A stretch of 64,000 nucleotides of DNA from Promethearchaeota archaeon. GTDB lineage: Archaea; Asgardarchaeota; Lokiarchaeia; Sigyniarchaeales; SOKP01. Of the stretch, positions 10,066 through 20,161 are shown piece by piece. A program made the position numbers and the translations under genes. The first letter of the stretch is position 1. Each line of letters begins with the position of its first letter. The notes beneath the pieces are model-generated. The model did not search any database and was not told where the DNA came from. It saw only the letters and a program-made list of their open reading frames with translations. The DNA is taken from positions 1 to 64,000 of the forward strand of contig JAEOTZ010000026.1 in the NCBI GenBank assembly GCA_016839585.1, written 5' to 3'.

Positions 10066-10818
10066 ATGAGTTTAAGTTTTGAAGATCTGAGATCTATTAT
10101 AAGTTCTGGAAAAAAGACGCAATTTGCCAAAGCGATGAGTGATGTATTAAAAGAAAAACAATATAATCTGCCCGATTTTTATGATCTCTATGGTAAATTG
10201 ATTAGAGAAGATACTAATTTTACAATGGGCGAATCCTATATTCAATTTAGATGGAAATATGCAGAAAAAATACTTTCATTAGATAAATTAATGAAAATGG
10301 ATAGAGTTCTAATGGAAAATTATGCGTTAAGTAAATATGAACCCATAGAATTTTGTTTTTCAGGACAGATTATTAGATCTTTTGCTACAGCTGTTATTAC
10401 TTTTTCAGGTATTATATATTTCACTAAATTAAGAGTAATAGGAGTGGGGTTTACTGCAAGAAGAAGTATGGATCCTGTAACGGCTGTTGTAGGAGCAGTA
10501 TCACCTCCTGCCTCTGGAGCATTAGATAAAACATTCAGAAGCACAATGCAAAAAACATTGGGTGATGATTTTTCGGAAACAGAATTTAGTAAGTTCGACC
10601 ACATTTTTCCTATAAATAAACCATATGATATTAAAAGAAGGAAGAATGTTATAGATTTCACTAGTGATATTGAATACGAAAAGAAAGGAAAAACAAAAAA
10701 GAAAAAATTAAATCTTAGAATAATACCTTTAAAAGAAAAACAAGAAGATAAAAACGCTTTTGAGACAAGAAAAGAAGAACTTCTACAAAAAATTGAATCC
10801 TTCCTATTATCATTCTAA
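10066..10818 (+). CDS. Hypothetical protein, possible PH/GRAM-like fold
   Basis: 250-aa ORF; 'GIIYFTKLRVI' resembles the GxLYLTxxRxI strand of GRAM/bPH domains; ends in a helix. Confidence 0.6.
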   Translation: MSLSFEDLRSIISSGKKTQFAKAMSDVLKEKQYNLPDFYDLYGKLIREDTNFTMGESYIQFRWKYAEKILSLDKLMKMDRVLMENYALSKYEPIEFCFSGQIIRSFATAVITFSGIIYFTKLRVIGVGFTARRSMDPVTAVVGAVSPPASGALDKTFRSTMQKTLGDDFSETEFSKFDHIFPINKPYDIKRRKNVIDFTSDIEYEKKGKTKKKKLNLRIIPLKEKQEDKNAFETRKEELLQKIESFLLSF

Positions 10819-10929
10819 TAGTAAGATCTCTAGAACCTTGAACAATGATTAAGTCAATAAAATTTATAATTTCTAATATCAATTTATCAATTATAATCGA
10901 TTTTAATAACCAAATAGTTGAATTTTAAA

Positions 10930-11727
10930 ATGAGTAAGGAACTAGAAATTTATCAGGAATATGGAAGAAAAATTGAGGAATACTTAAGACCCTCTACTTA
11001 TCCAATAGCAATAAAACTGATCAAAAGCAAAGCAGAAATTCCAATTAAGAGTAAAAGGCCTAAAACAAACTTAAAATTACGAAATTATTTATGTCAAAAC
11101 TTTCTTATGGCTCGCTCTTATGGTTGGACAGTGGCAGTCACAGCTGAGGATTGTGCCTGCCCAATGGTTAGAGGAATTTTTGGCTGGGACCCTATGACAG
11201 AGAACTCATTTAATTTGCTGCATCAATTCTTTGTCGGTCGTTATGCAAAGAACCTTGAAATATCAAAAACATTTGAAAAACATATACACTTTTTAAACAA
11301 TGATTTCATTGGTCTTGTAATATCTCCATTAACTCGAACTAAAATAGAACCAGATTTAGTTCAAATATATGGTTTACCTGCTCAAATCATGCGTTTAATC
11401 CATAGTTATCTTTATTTTCAAGGAGAAGTTCTTGAATTCACGTCTTCAGGAAGACAGGCTTCTTGTAATGAAGGAGTTGCTAAAACTTTCTTAACTGATC
11501 AACCTCAGTTAGTGATTTTAGGAAATGGGGATAGGGTATGGGGTGGTGCTGAAGATTCAGAGTTGATGTTTTCTATTCCAAAAAGTAAGTTGGAACTTTT
11601 TATAAAAGGTTTAGAAGCAAGTCATAAAGGGGGAATAAGATACCCAATACCGAAATATATGAATTACACACCAGGCTTTTTAGCAACTTTTACAAAAAGG
11701 ACTAGAAAAAGAGATAAAGAGCAATAA
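10930..11727 (+). CDS. DUF169 family protein
   Basis: 'LRPSTYPIAIK', CQ..ARSYG..., CAC, 'EPDLVQIYG.PAQIMRL', 'ASC', 'GDR..G'. ATG 10930 preferred over TTG 10918. Confidence 0.8.
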   Translation: MSKELEIYQEYGRKIEEYLRPSTYPIAIKLIKSKAEIPIKSKRPKTNLKLRNYLCQNFLMARSYGWTVAVTAEDCACPMVRGIFGWDPMTENSFNLLHQFFVGRYAKNLEISKTFEKHIHFLNNDFIGLVISPLTRTKIEPDLVQIYGLPAQIMRLIHSYLYFQGEVLEFTSSGRQASCNEGVAKTFLTDQPQLVILGNGDRVWGGAEDSELMFSIPKSKLELFIKGLEASHKGGIRYPIPKYMNYTPGFLATFTKRTRKRDKEQ

Positions 11728-11854
11728 GTTACCTTAGGAAAACAAAATTAAATAAGACTTCAATTTTTTTTATATTTTTTTAATTTCTCGTTCAATCTAC
11801 AACATAACTATTATCTTATCAGTAAATTCTTTATATAAGTAAATAATAGATTGG

Positions 11855-13477
11855 TTATTCTAACTCCTTTTTATATACTACTTTTCCCCTTATAATTGTC
11901 TCAAGAACCTGAATTTCTCTAATTTTATCCTTTGGAACTTCAAGGGGATTTTTATTTAATATAACTAAATCTGCTAATTTTCCAACTTCGATACTTCCTT
12001 TTATAGCTTCTTCGAGAGAAGCGTATGCACCATTTATTGTATAAGCCCTTAGAGCATCTTCAATTGCCAAACATTCTTCTGGAATAAATCCATTTCGAGT
12101 AACCATACAGTGAAGTCCTAGAATTGGATCAGGATTCTCAACAGGGCAATCAGAACCGGCAGCAAGAATTACTCCTGCATCAATAATAGATTTGAAAGGA
12201 TATGTATTGTTGCATCTCTCTTTTCCCAATCTTTTTTCAAGCCAGTAAGAGTCTGAATGAATAAAGGCTGGTTGACAGGAAGCTATAATTCCGTAATCTC
12301 TCATGTCTTTTATTATATCTTTTGTTAATATAGATGCATGTTCGATTCGGTGTCTATGATTTTCTCGGGGGAATTCCTTTAAAAGCCTTTTATATAAATT
12401 CACAACTATTCTATTTGCTTCATCACCAATTGCATGAATTGCTATTTGAAAACCAAGATTATGGGCAATTTTCATTCGATTATATAGCTCAACTTCATTT
12501 ATTACAACATATCCATGATTTTTGGGTTGATCTGAATAAGCATCATGCATAAGAGCCGTAGAAGCTCCTAATGCTCCATCCATCCAAGCTTTAATACAAC
12601 CAACTTTAAATTTACTATCTGTTTTTCCTTCATCCAAAGGCGGTTTTTTAATTCTTTTCAGTTTTTTTGGATTTGCAGTAAAGACTATACTATAATAATT
12701 TTGCAAAATGTTTTCTTTAATAATTTTTAAAATTGGGATAGCGACTCCGCCTAAATTCTCTACTCCTCCCTTTCTATCCATTTCAATTACTCCATGAATT
12801 GAGGTTATCCCTTTTGCTGCCAGACTTCCAAAAAATTCTGAAGCTGCTTCTTTAATTGTGTCCGAATCTGGGAGTGTAATAATTGAAAAGATTAAATTAG
12901 TTGCATTTTCTTTTAAAATACCGGTTATCTCACCTTTCTCATTTCGCTGGATTTCACCTCCTTCGGGTGATATGGTATCATTATTGATTCCAGCTATTTC
13001 TAAAGTCTTACTATTAGACACTCCTGAATGAGCATCATGGCGAAAAATAAATACGGGATTGTTAGGGCTCACTTGATCTAAATCCCACCGGGTAGGTAAC
13101 ACAGGATTGTCAAATCTTTGTTCATCTAATTTAAATCCTAAAATTAATTCATTAGGTTTTTTATCCTTAACAATTTCCTTTAAAAATTGTAGTAGTTCCT
13201 TTAAACTTCTTATTTTAGAAAAATCAGGATATAGTAAAAAAAAAAGTGCTCCAATTGCGTGCATGTGACAATCTATAAATCCAGGAAGGAGAGTTTTTCC
13301 TTTTAAGTCTACTAACGCATAATTATCATTTACTTTTGCTTGAATCTCTTCTAGAGAGCCAACAGCAATAATTTTTTCTCCTTCAATGCAGACAGCTTCA
13401 ACAAAAGGTTGAGAGTCGTTCAATGTAATGATCGAACCATCATAAAAAATTTTTTTTTTTAATATATTTTTATTCAT
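11855..13477 (-). CDS. Amidohydrolase (YtcJ/NfdA-like, amidohydro_3)
   Basis: PGFIDCHMH, HAIGD, RHRIEHA, GSDCP, KGSIEVGKLADLVIL. Confidence 0.92.
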   Translation of the reverse strand: MNKNILKKKIFYDGSIITLNDSQPFVEAVCIEGEKIIAVGSLEEIQAKVNDNYALVDLKGKTLLPGFIDCHMHAIGALFFLLYPDFSKIRSLKELLQFLKEIVKDKKPNELILGFKLDEQRFDNPVLPTRWDLDQVSPNNPVFIFRHDAHSGVSNSKTLEIAGINNDTISPEGGEIQRNEKGEITGILKENATNLIFSIITLPDSDTIKEAASEFFGSLAAKGITSIHGVIEMDRKGGVENLGGVAIPILKIIKENILQNYYSIVFTANPKKLKRIKKPPLDEGKTDSKFKVGCIKAWMDGALGASTALMHDAYSDQPKNHGYVVINEVELYNRMKIAHNLGFQIAIHAIGDEANRIVVNLYKRLLKEFPRENHRHRIEHASILTKDIIKDMRDYGIIASCQPAFIHSDSYWLEKRLGKERCNNTYPFKSIIDAGVILAAGSDCPVENPDPILGLHCMVTRNGFIPEECLAIEDALRAYTINGAYASLEEAIKGSIEVGKLADLVILNKNPLEVPKDKIREIQVLETIIRGKVVYKKELE

Positions 13478-13502
13478 TATATTTATCCCTCTTAATAATT
13501 CA

Positions 13503-15116
13503 CTATTTCTTAAATACAGTCTTTCCTCTAATTATAGTTTCAAGAATTTGGATTTTTTGTATTTCTTCTTTAGGAACTTCTAATGGATTTTTATCTAAAA
13601 TGACTAAATTAGCTAATTTTCCAACTTCAATACTGCCCTTTATATCCTCTTCAAACGCGGCATAAGCGGCATTTATCGTGTATGTTTTTAATGCTTCTTT
13701 AATTGTTAAACATTCTTCAGGTACAAAATTATTTCGAGTCACTAATGCATGTAGGCCCGAAATAACATTTGTATCTTCAACAGGACAATCAGAACCGGAG
13801 ACTAAGACTACACCACTATTGACTAAAGATTTGAATGGATATGTATATTTACAACGTTCTTTTCCAATTCTTTTTTCTAACCAAGTATATTCAGAATTTA
13901 TAAATGGTGGCTGGCAAGATGCGATTATTCCATAATTTTTCATATCTTCAATTACATCCTTTGTTAACATAGAAGCATGTTCAATTCGATGTCTATGATT
14001 ATTTCTAGGAAATTCATTTATAAGCCTCTTATATAAATCTACTGCAATTCTATTTGCTTTATCGCCAATTGAGTGCATAACAATTTGAAATCCATTATTA
14101 TGGGCCAATTTCATTTTTTCATATATTTTGTCCTCATCAATTATGCAAAAGCCACACATCTCGGGAGCATCAGAAAATGGTTCAAACATACAAGCTGTTT
14201 TTGCTCCGAAACTTCCATCAAGAAATAATTTTAAACTTCCTACTTTAAATTTTCCATCTTTCTTTCCCTCATCTAAGGGAGGTTTTTTTAAATCTATAAT
14301 TTTTAGTGGATCTTCTGTATTTACCATAATATACCAATCTTGAAGTATTTTGTCTTGAATAGAGGTTAAAATGGAGATCTCCGATGATCCAAAAAGTCCA
14401 TATTCACTTTTTTTACCATAGTAGACAATACCCTGTAATGATGTTATTCCATTGCTAGCAAAAATTTCAAATGCTTTCGAGGCAGTTTTATCCAAATCAA
14501 CTTTCTTTGGAACGGAAATTTTAGAGAGAATAAGGGATAATGATTTTTCTGATAATAGTCCTGTTAGTTCACCCTTCTCATTTTTCCTTATTTCACCACC
14601 TTCTGGAATCTCCGTATTTTCATCTATTCCGGCTAATTCTAGTGCTTTACTGTTTGCCACGCCTATATGCCCATCATATCTTAAAATAAAAACAGGATTA
14701 TTAGGACAAGCCTCATCTAAATCCCATCGAGTAGGTAGAATAGGATTATCAAATTTCTCTTCACAGAAGTTAAATCCAATAGTTAACTCATCTACGCTTT
14801 TTTGTTTCACACCTTTTTTTAAAATTGATTGAAGGTCTTTTAATCGTTTAACATTTGAAAGATCAGGGTTTAATAAGTGTAGAAGAAATTGAATAGGATG
14901 GAGATGACAATCAATAAAGCCAGGAAGCATAGTTTTTCCTTTCAATTCTATCATTTGATATTTAGCACCTAATTCTTTTTTAACTTCTTTTAACTCTCCA
15001 ATAGCTATAATTTTCTCACCCAGAATCCCCACAGCATTTACAAAAGGTTGTTTAGGATTCATAGTAATAATTGAACCCCCATAAAACACTTTTCTCTCAA
15101 ATTGGACTTTACTCAT
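13503..15116 (-). CDS. Amidohydrolase (YtcJ/NfdA-like), tandem paralog
   Basis: PGFIDCHLH, HSIGD, RHRIEHA, GSDCP; closely similar to the adjacent gene. Confidence 0.92.
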   Translation of the reverse strand: MSKVQFERKVFYGGSIITMNPKQPFVNAVGILGEKIIAIGELKEVKKELGAKYQMIELKGKTMLPGFIDCHLHPIQFLLHLLNPDLSNVKRLKDLQSILKKGVKQKSVDELTIGFNFCEEKFDNPILPTRWDLDEACPNNPVFILRYDGHIGVANSKALELAGIDENTEIPEGGEIRKNEKGELTGLLSEKSLSLILSKISVPKKVDLDKTASKAFEIFASNGITSLQGIVYYGKKSEYGLFGSSEISILTSIQDKILQDWYIMVNTEDPLKIIDLKKPPLDEGKKDGKFKVGSLKLFLDGSFGAKTACMFEPFSDAPEMCGFCIIDEDKIYEKMKLAHNNGFQIVMHSIGDKANRIAVDLYKRLINEFPRNNHRHRIEHASMLTKDVIEDMKNYGIIASCQPPFINSEYTWLEKRIGKERCKYTYPFKSLVNSGVVLVSGSDCPVEDTNVISGLHALVTRNNFVPEECLTIKEALKTYTINAAYAAFEEDIKGSIEVGKLANLVILDKNPLEVPKEEIQKIQILETIIRGKTVFKK

Positions 15117-15211
15117 ATAAAATTCTTTCTCTTATTACTTGAAACGAATTAAAAAAAAAAAGATATTAAAAGTTAAATTTTTTCCTAATTTCAAGTCGGT
15201 TGGTTTAACAG

Positions 15212-15577
15212 TTATTGTAGAATTAAAACCATTACTACTACAAAACCTACCATTGCTACACTTGAAGCAAAAATCATTCCTTTTCTGACTTCTGGTGAAA
15301 GTGTGTCATCTCTCAGTCCTCCTAAAAAAGTAGATACGGCAAATAATATCATCCCTAATTGAAAGAAAAGTGCTGTAAACGTTTCAAGTGAGTCTATATT
15401 CCTATCAAAGTCATCCCATTCCCCCGGAGTACTAGGATCAGCGTAAGTATCATATATATTAGTTGCAAATATTAAGATGATTCCCACAATTAATAAGAGG
15501 ATAGATATAACAAAAATCTTTAAATAATCTTTTTCTGCCCAAAATTTACGAAATGCTTCTTTTGAGATAGATCTCAC
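15212..15577 (-). CDS. Small membrane protein (3 TM)
   Basis: Three hydrophobic segments; the GTG start overlaps the RBS, so the true start may be ATC 15568. Confidence 0.75.
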   Translation of the reverse strand: MRSISKEAFRKFWAEKDYLKIFVISILLLIVGIILIFATNIYDTYADPSTPGEWDDFDRNIDSLETFTALFFQLGMILFAVSTFLGGLRDDTLSPEVRKGMIFASSVAMVGFVVVMVLILQ

Positions 15578-15668
15578 CTTTTTTTAAGGGTAGGTTTTTA
15601 TTGATACTAAATTATTTAAACTTTTACCTTATTAAAGAGCAGTAGTCTTCATTTTAACATTTACATAT

Positions 15669-16247
15669 TTATTTTCTTCGAAGTTTTAATTCTATCATTT
15701 TTTTAATAGCAATCTCATTGATTTTCTCTTTAAGGATTTTAGATTTGGTTTTTAAATCTTTTAAATAAATATTTTTATTTTTTATTATTTCCTCACTTTC
15801 TTCAAGGGCTTGTTCTAAATCTTTTATTGGAAGTAAGGCTGTAGCAATACAATAAAAGCTTTTTGATCGTCCTTCATTAAAATCCTCTAACATTTTCTTA
15901 AGCAACTCAATTTTTTTTTCTTGTTGCTCAATGAAAACACTTAAACCACGTGCTTTTATAAAATCCAGATTTGAAAGTGATACCCGATGAGAGATAAACG
16001 AATCATACTTATCCCATTTATTTATTTTTGAACATGGAAATTCGCTACACTCCGCACAAGTCTCAAAATTATGTTTTTTTATGCAACATGTAATTATTGA
16101 GCATGATGGATGTTTATTGAAAAAATCAGGACCACAACATCCTGGACATCTTGAAGGTCCTTTAGTATAATAAACAGGACATAGCCCACAATCTAATCCA
16201 CAGCAAGCGATGGTGGGATACTTTTTCTCTGGATACTCTCGAGTCAT
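15669..16247 (-). CDS. DUF3795 Cys-rich protein
   Basis: CCGLDCGLCP..CPGC..C.I..CC..CAEC.EFPC pattern, plus 'NEGRSKSFYC' C-terminal extension. Confidence 0.85.
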   Translation of the reverse strand: MTREYPEKKYPTIACCGLDCGLCPVYYTKGPSRCPGCCGPDFFNKHPSCSIITCCIKKHNFETCAECSEFPCSKINKWDKYDSFISHRVSLSNLDFIKARGLSVFIEQQEKKIELLKKMLEDFNEGRSKSFYCIATALLPIKDLEQALEESEEIIKNKNIYLKDLKTKSKILKEKINEIAIKKMIELKLRRK

Positions 16248-16371
16248 TATTAGCTCTTTGAATTGTTAAAATTAATACTTTTTACATGCATTTTAAGAAA
16301 TAATAAGGTTATAAGAAAAATATTAAAAATATAAAATAATTCTTAGGATTAACAATTGGAGATCATTTAAA

Positions 16372-18702
16372 ATGAAAGCATCTGTTTTGAAAAAATTAAA
16401 TTTAATGATTGAAGAAGCTAATTCATTTAAAGATAAAAATAAATATCAAAAAGCAATTGACAAATTGCATGAGGCTATAGATTTTGTTAATGAAAAAGTT
16501 AAAGAGCCTGAAGATAAAGAAGTTGAAATTAATAATATTAAAAATGTTATCAATCAAACTTATTCTGTTGAAATTAATGATTATATTCAACAAGCTATTC
16601 GCTTAGTTTCTCAAAAAGAATTTGATAAAGCCTATGCAAATTTCCAGGAAGCATTAAAGGTAGCTGATAACATTGATGACCCAGATTTTAAAGAAGCTGA
16701 AGTACAAGAAATTAATAAATTAAATGACGAAGCAAAACTGAAAGAACTAATAGAAGATGCTATGAATTTAAGAGAAAATAAAAATTTTGATGATGCAATT
16801 GAAACTTTCAATAAAGCATTAATTATTGCTGAGGAAATTTATGAAGGCATCCCTAAAATTGAAGAACAAGATAAAATTAAGGCTGAAATTGATCAAACTT
16901 GTTCAACTCAAATAAAATTAATTATTGAAAATGCAAACCAATTGAAACTAACTGGTAGAAGTGAAGATGCCATAAAAGAGTTTGAGAAGGCTTTAGGATT
17001 CACTGATAGCTTTTACAATTCTGAGCAAAAGAATAAGGAAATTATTAATATAAAAAATCTAGTTAACCAAATTTATTCTAATAAGATTAAACCCATTGTT
17101 GATAAAACCAGGGAATTAGTGACTCAAAAAAATATTAATAGTGCAATTTCAGAATCAAAAAATGCTTTAGACATCGCAAATAGAATGTATGATTCTGATT
17201 TAAAAAGCCTTGAAATTAGTATCATCGCTGAAATCATAAATCCTTTCTATATTGAAAAAATCAAACCAATAGTAGAAAAAGGAAAACAAATAACTCAACA
17301 AGATAAATTTGAGGAACGTACGACTAAAATAAATGAGGCTGTAAATATTTTCAAAGAAGCTTTAGATATAGCACATTCAATGATTCCAGATATAAAAAAA
17401 GACCAAGAAGTAAAAAATATTAGTGATCTAATCAACATTGCGTGTTTAGCAGGTATTAATCTAATCAAAGATAATTCAGTATCTAATATTATGCAAAAAA
17501 AATATGATGACGCTATAAGTCAATTGTATTCGGCATTAAGTATTGCTAAAATTATGACCTATCCAGAGGAAGAAATTGAAAACCTTAAGAACCTAGTCAA
17601 TAAGGTGTATTCTGCCCAAGTAAAAGAAGTTTTAACCCAGGGAAATAAACTGGAGAATGAAGATGAATATGAGGAAGCTATAAAAGTTTACAATGAAGCT
17701 TTGGATATTACGAATAAAATGTATCTCACAGATAAGATGGAAAAAGATGTAGGACAGATTAAAGGTCTAATTTATCAATCAGAAATTAAACAACTTGTAG
17801 GTAAAGGGGGTTTAGCGGAAGCACAGCAACTTAAAGAAAAAGAGATCGAAAAACTTAAAAAACGACTAGATTACGCTAACTCAATTGATGATGAGAAGCG
17901 TAGAATTGAGGAAATGAGTAAAATAAAGAAGTTAATAGACGAGGTTCACTCTGATGAAATTAGGCTTCTAATAGAACGAGGAAATCAATTAGCTAAACAA
18001 TTTAAATGGGAAGAAGGTTTCACATTTTATGAAAGAGCTCTTAAAGTAAATGAGTTAATGGAAGAACCTGATATGCAGAATAAAAATTTAATTAGAGAAA
18101 GGTATAAAACAGAATTGGTTAATAGAACTAAACAAAATTTAAGAAAAAATCCTGATATAGCAATTGAATCGTGCAATAGAGCAACAGAATTAGATGAAAA
18201 CTATGTAGATGCTTATTATCACCTTGGTCTTGCCTATAATAATAAAAGGAGCTACGATGCTGCGATTCAGAATTTTAGCAAAGCTGTCAGATTAAATCCT
18301 AAACATGCTGAATCCTGGAATAACATGGGACTTGCTTATGAAGCTAAAAATGAGTTGGATAGTTCTATTGAATCATATAAAAAAGCCGTTGAAATTGACC
18401 CTAATTATTCATTAGCATATTTTAATATGGCTAATGTATATAAACTTAAAAAAGAATTTGATTTAGCCATCAGTAATTATAGAAAAGCGACTGAAATAGA
18501 CCAAGAATTTGCTAGAGCATGGTTTTTCTTGGGTTATGCTTACTTTGATACAAAGGATTACAATTTGGGTATTCAGTACATTGAAAAAGCTATTAAATTA
18601 AGCCCAGATTTAGGTATTGAAGTAAGTTCTGATATTAAAGAATTCAAAAACTTAATAGATAAATTAGAATTAAATTTATCTGAAAAATTTATTAATAGAT
18701 AA
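16372..18702 (+). CDS. Large tetratricopeptide/helical repeat protein
   Basis: About 4-5 canonical C-terminal TPRs (AYYHLG, SWNNMG, AYFNMA, AWFFLG) preceded by longer ~60-aa helical repeats. Confidence 0.88.
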   Translation: MKASVLKKLNLMIEEANSFKDKNKYQKAIDKLHEAIDFVNEKVKEPEDKEVEINNIKNVINQTYSVEINDYIQQAIRLVSQKEFDKAYANFQEALKVADNIDDPDFKEAEVQEINKLNDEAKLKELIEDAMNLRENKNFDDAIETFNKALIIAEEIYEGIPKIEEQDKIKAEIDQTCSTQIKLIIENANQLKLTGRSEDAIKEFEKALGFTDSFYNSEQKNKEIINIKNLVNQIYSNKIKPIVDKTRELVTQKNINSAISESKNALDIANRMYDSDLKSLEISIIAEIINPFYIEKIKPIVEKGKQITQQDKFEERTTKINEAVNIFKEALDIAHSMIPDIKKDQEVKNISDLINIACLAGINLIKDNSVSNIMQKKYDDAISQLYSALSIAKIMTYPEEEIENLKNLVNKVYSAQVKEVLTQGNKLENEDEYEEAIKVYNEALDITNKMYLTDKMEKDVGQIKGLIYQSEIKQLVGKGGLAEAQQLKEKEIEKLKKRLDYANSIDDEKRRIEEMSKIKKLIDEVHSDEIRLLIERGNQLAKQFKWEEGFTFYERALKVNELMEEPDMQNKNLIRERYKTELVNRTKQNLRKNPDIAIESCNRATELDENYVDAYYHLGLAYNNKRSYDAAIQNFSKAVRLNPKHAESWNNMGLAYEAKNELDSSIESYKKAVEIDPNYSLAYFNMANVYKLKKEFDLAISNYRKATEIDQEFARAWFFLGYAYFDTKDYNLGIQYIEKAIKLSPDLGIEVSSDIKEFKNLIDKLELNLSEKFINR

Positions 18703-19012
18703 TCCCTTGATGATTAAATATTTTCAAAGGACTACTTCTCTTTTTGATTGATATCTTTATTGTTAATGATTTTTATTAGTAGTTCACTTTAGTTTTTATT
18801 TAAAACGAGTAATTATTTTTTGATTAATGATATTCTAAAAAGAATAAAATGTAAAAATTTGAGAATGATTCAAATGAAATAATCGTTCTAATCTTAATTT
18901 TTAAAGTAAAAAAATTTCAATAAAAATTATATAGGTACTAATATATTTCTGTTTATATCTCTTTTTTCAACTTAATTGAAATATTGCTTTATACAAAATC
19001 GAAGGATTTTTA

Positions 19013-20122
19013 ATGAAAAGAATAAAAAGCATAGATACTTTTCGCGGGTGGTGCATGTTTATGATGGTTCTTGGACATACGCTTTCTTGGTGGGTAAGAC
19101 CTGAAGATCGTTGGTTAACTAAAATACTTCATTCAATTTTTGGTGATATAGTAGGTACTGGTTTCTTATTTTTTTCAGGACTAAGCACGGTATTATTTTA
19201 CAGGAGTAGACTTACGAAAGCTGAAGCTTCGGATAATAGTATAAAACAAGTAAATAACGAATACTTATTTCGAGCTTTAATAATAATAGTTCTAGCTTTG
19301 CTATATTCTAGCGTTACAGCAGTAGGAATGTTAAATCCTTTAGATATTTGGAAATGGTATATACCACTTACAATAGGTATTTCCCTATTATTAGCATTTT
19401 TGCTATTAAAAACTTCAAAATCATTTAGAATCATATTAGCTGTGATTATTTGGATTAACCATTATTATATTCTTTCAATTCTTTTGCCTTATGAAGGACA
19501 AGTTAACATTTTTGGAGCCTTATATCATGTTTTGTATAATGGTTTACATCCCATTCTATACTATTTCAGCTTTTTTCTAGTAGGGACAGTTGTAGGAGAT
19601 GTCATGCTTGAAATATATCTCAAAGATGATCAAAAGGAAAGAAGATTAGCATTATTAAATAAATTTTTGCTTCCATCATTAATAATGGGCACAATTCTAA
19701 TATTAATTGCGGTTTTGTTTCTTTTTCCTGGTTTTTTAATAGATGAAACTTTTTCATCGACAATATATTCACTAGGAGTAATTTTAACTACATTTTCTGT
19801 TTTATTAATCTTTGAAGAATTCGAAGTCATAAAAGTAGAAAAGAGCTATAGATTTTTCTATTTCTACTCTTTTTATTCTTTCACCATCTATTTTTCACAT
19901 AATATCATATATTTTATTTTTATCAATCAATTAAATGCATTAACCTACTGGATCGCTGTAATAGGGACATATATTTTGTTAACTCTATTAATTAGACTCA
20001 TATATAAGAAATATGGGTCAAAAGCTTCTTTAAAGGCACAAATTGGCAGAGTAGCGGTAATTTTAGTTAGAAAGGTTGAGAAAAAAAAAGAACGGATAGA
20101 ATTATTAAATATTAAGAAATAA
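19013..20122 (+). CDS. DUF1624 / heparan-alpha-glucosaminide N-acetyltransferase-like membrane protein
   Basis: 'RIKSIDTFRG..M...H' N-terminal motif, FLFFSG, about 10 TM helices. Confidence 0.8.
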   Translation: MKRIKSIDTFRGWCMFMMVLGHTLSWWVRPEDRWLTKILHSIFGDIVGTGFLFFSGLSTVLFYRSRLTKAEASDNSIKQVNNEYLFRALIIIVLALLYSSVTAVGMLNPLDIWKWYIPLTIGISLLLAFLLLKTSKSFRIILAVIIWINHYYILSILLPYEGQVNIFGALYHVLYNGLHPILYYFSFFLVGTVVGDVMLEIYLKDDQKERRLALLNKFLLPSLIMGTILILIAVLFLFPGFLIDETFSSTIYSLGVILTTFSVLLIFEEFEVIKVEKSYRFFYFYSFYSFTIYFSHNIIYFIFINQLNALTYWIAVIGTYILLTLLIRLIYKKYGSKASLKAQIGRVAVILVRKVEKKKERIELLNIKK

Positions 20123-20161
20123 GGAGATAAGAGATAATCCAAATATTTAGATTTTTAATAT

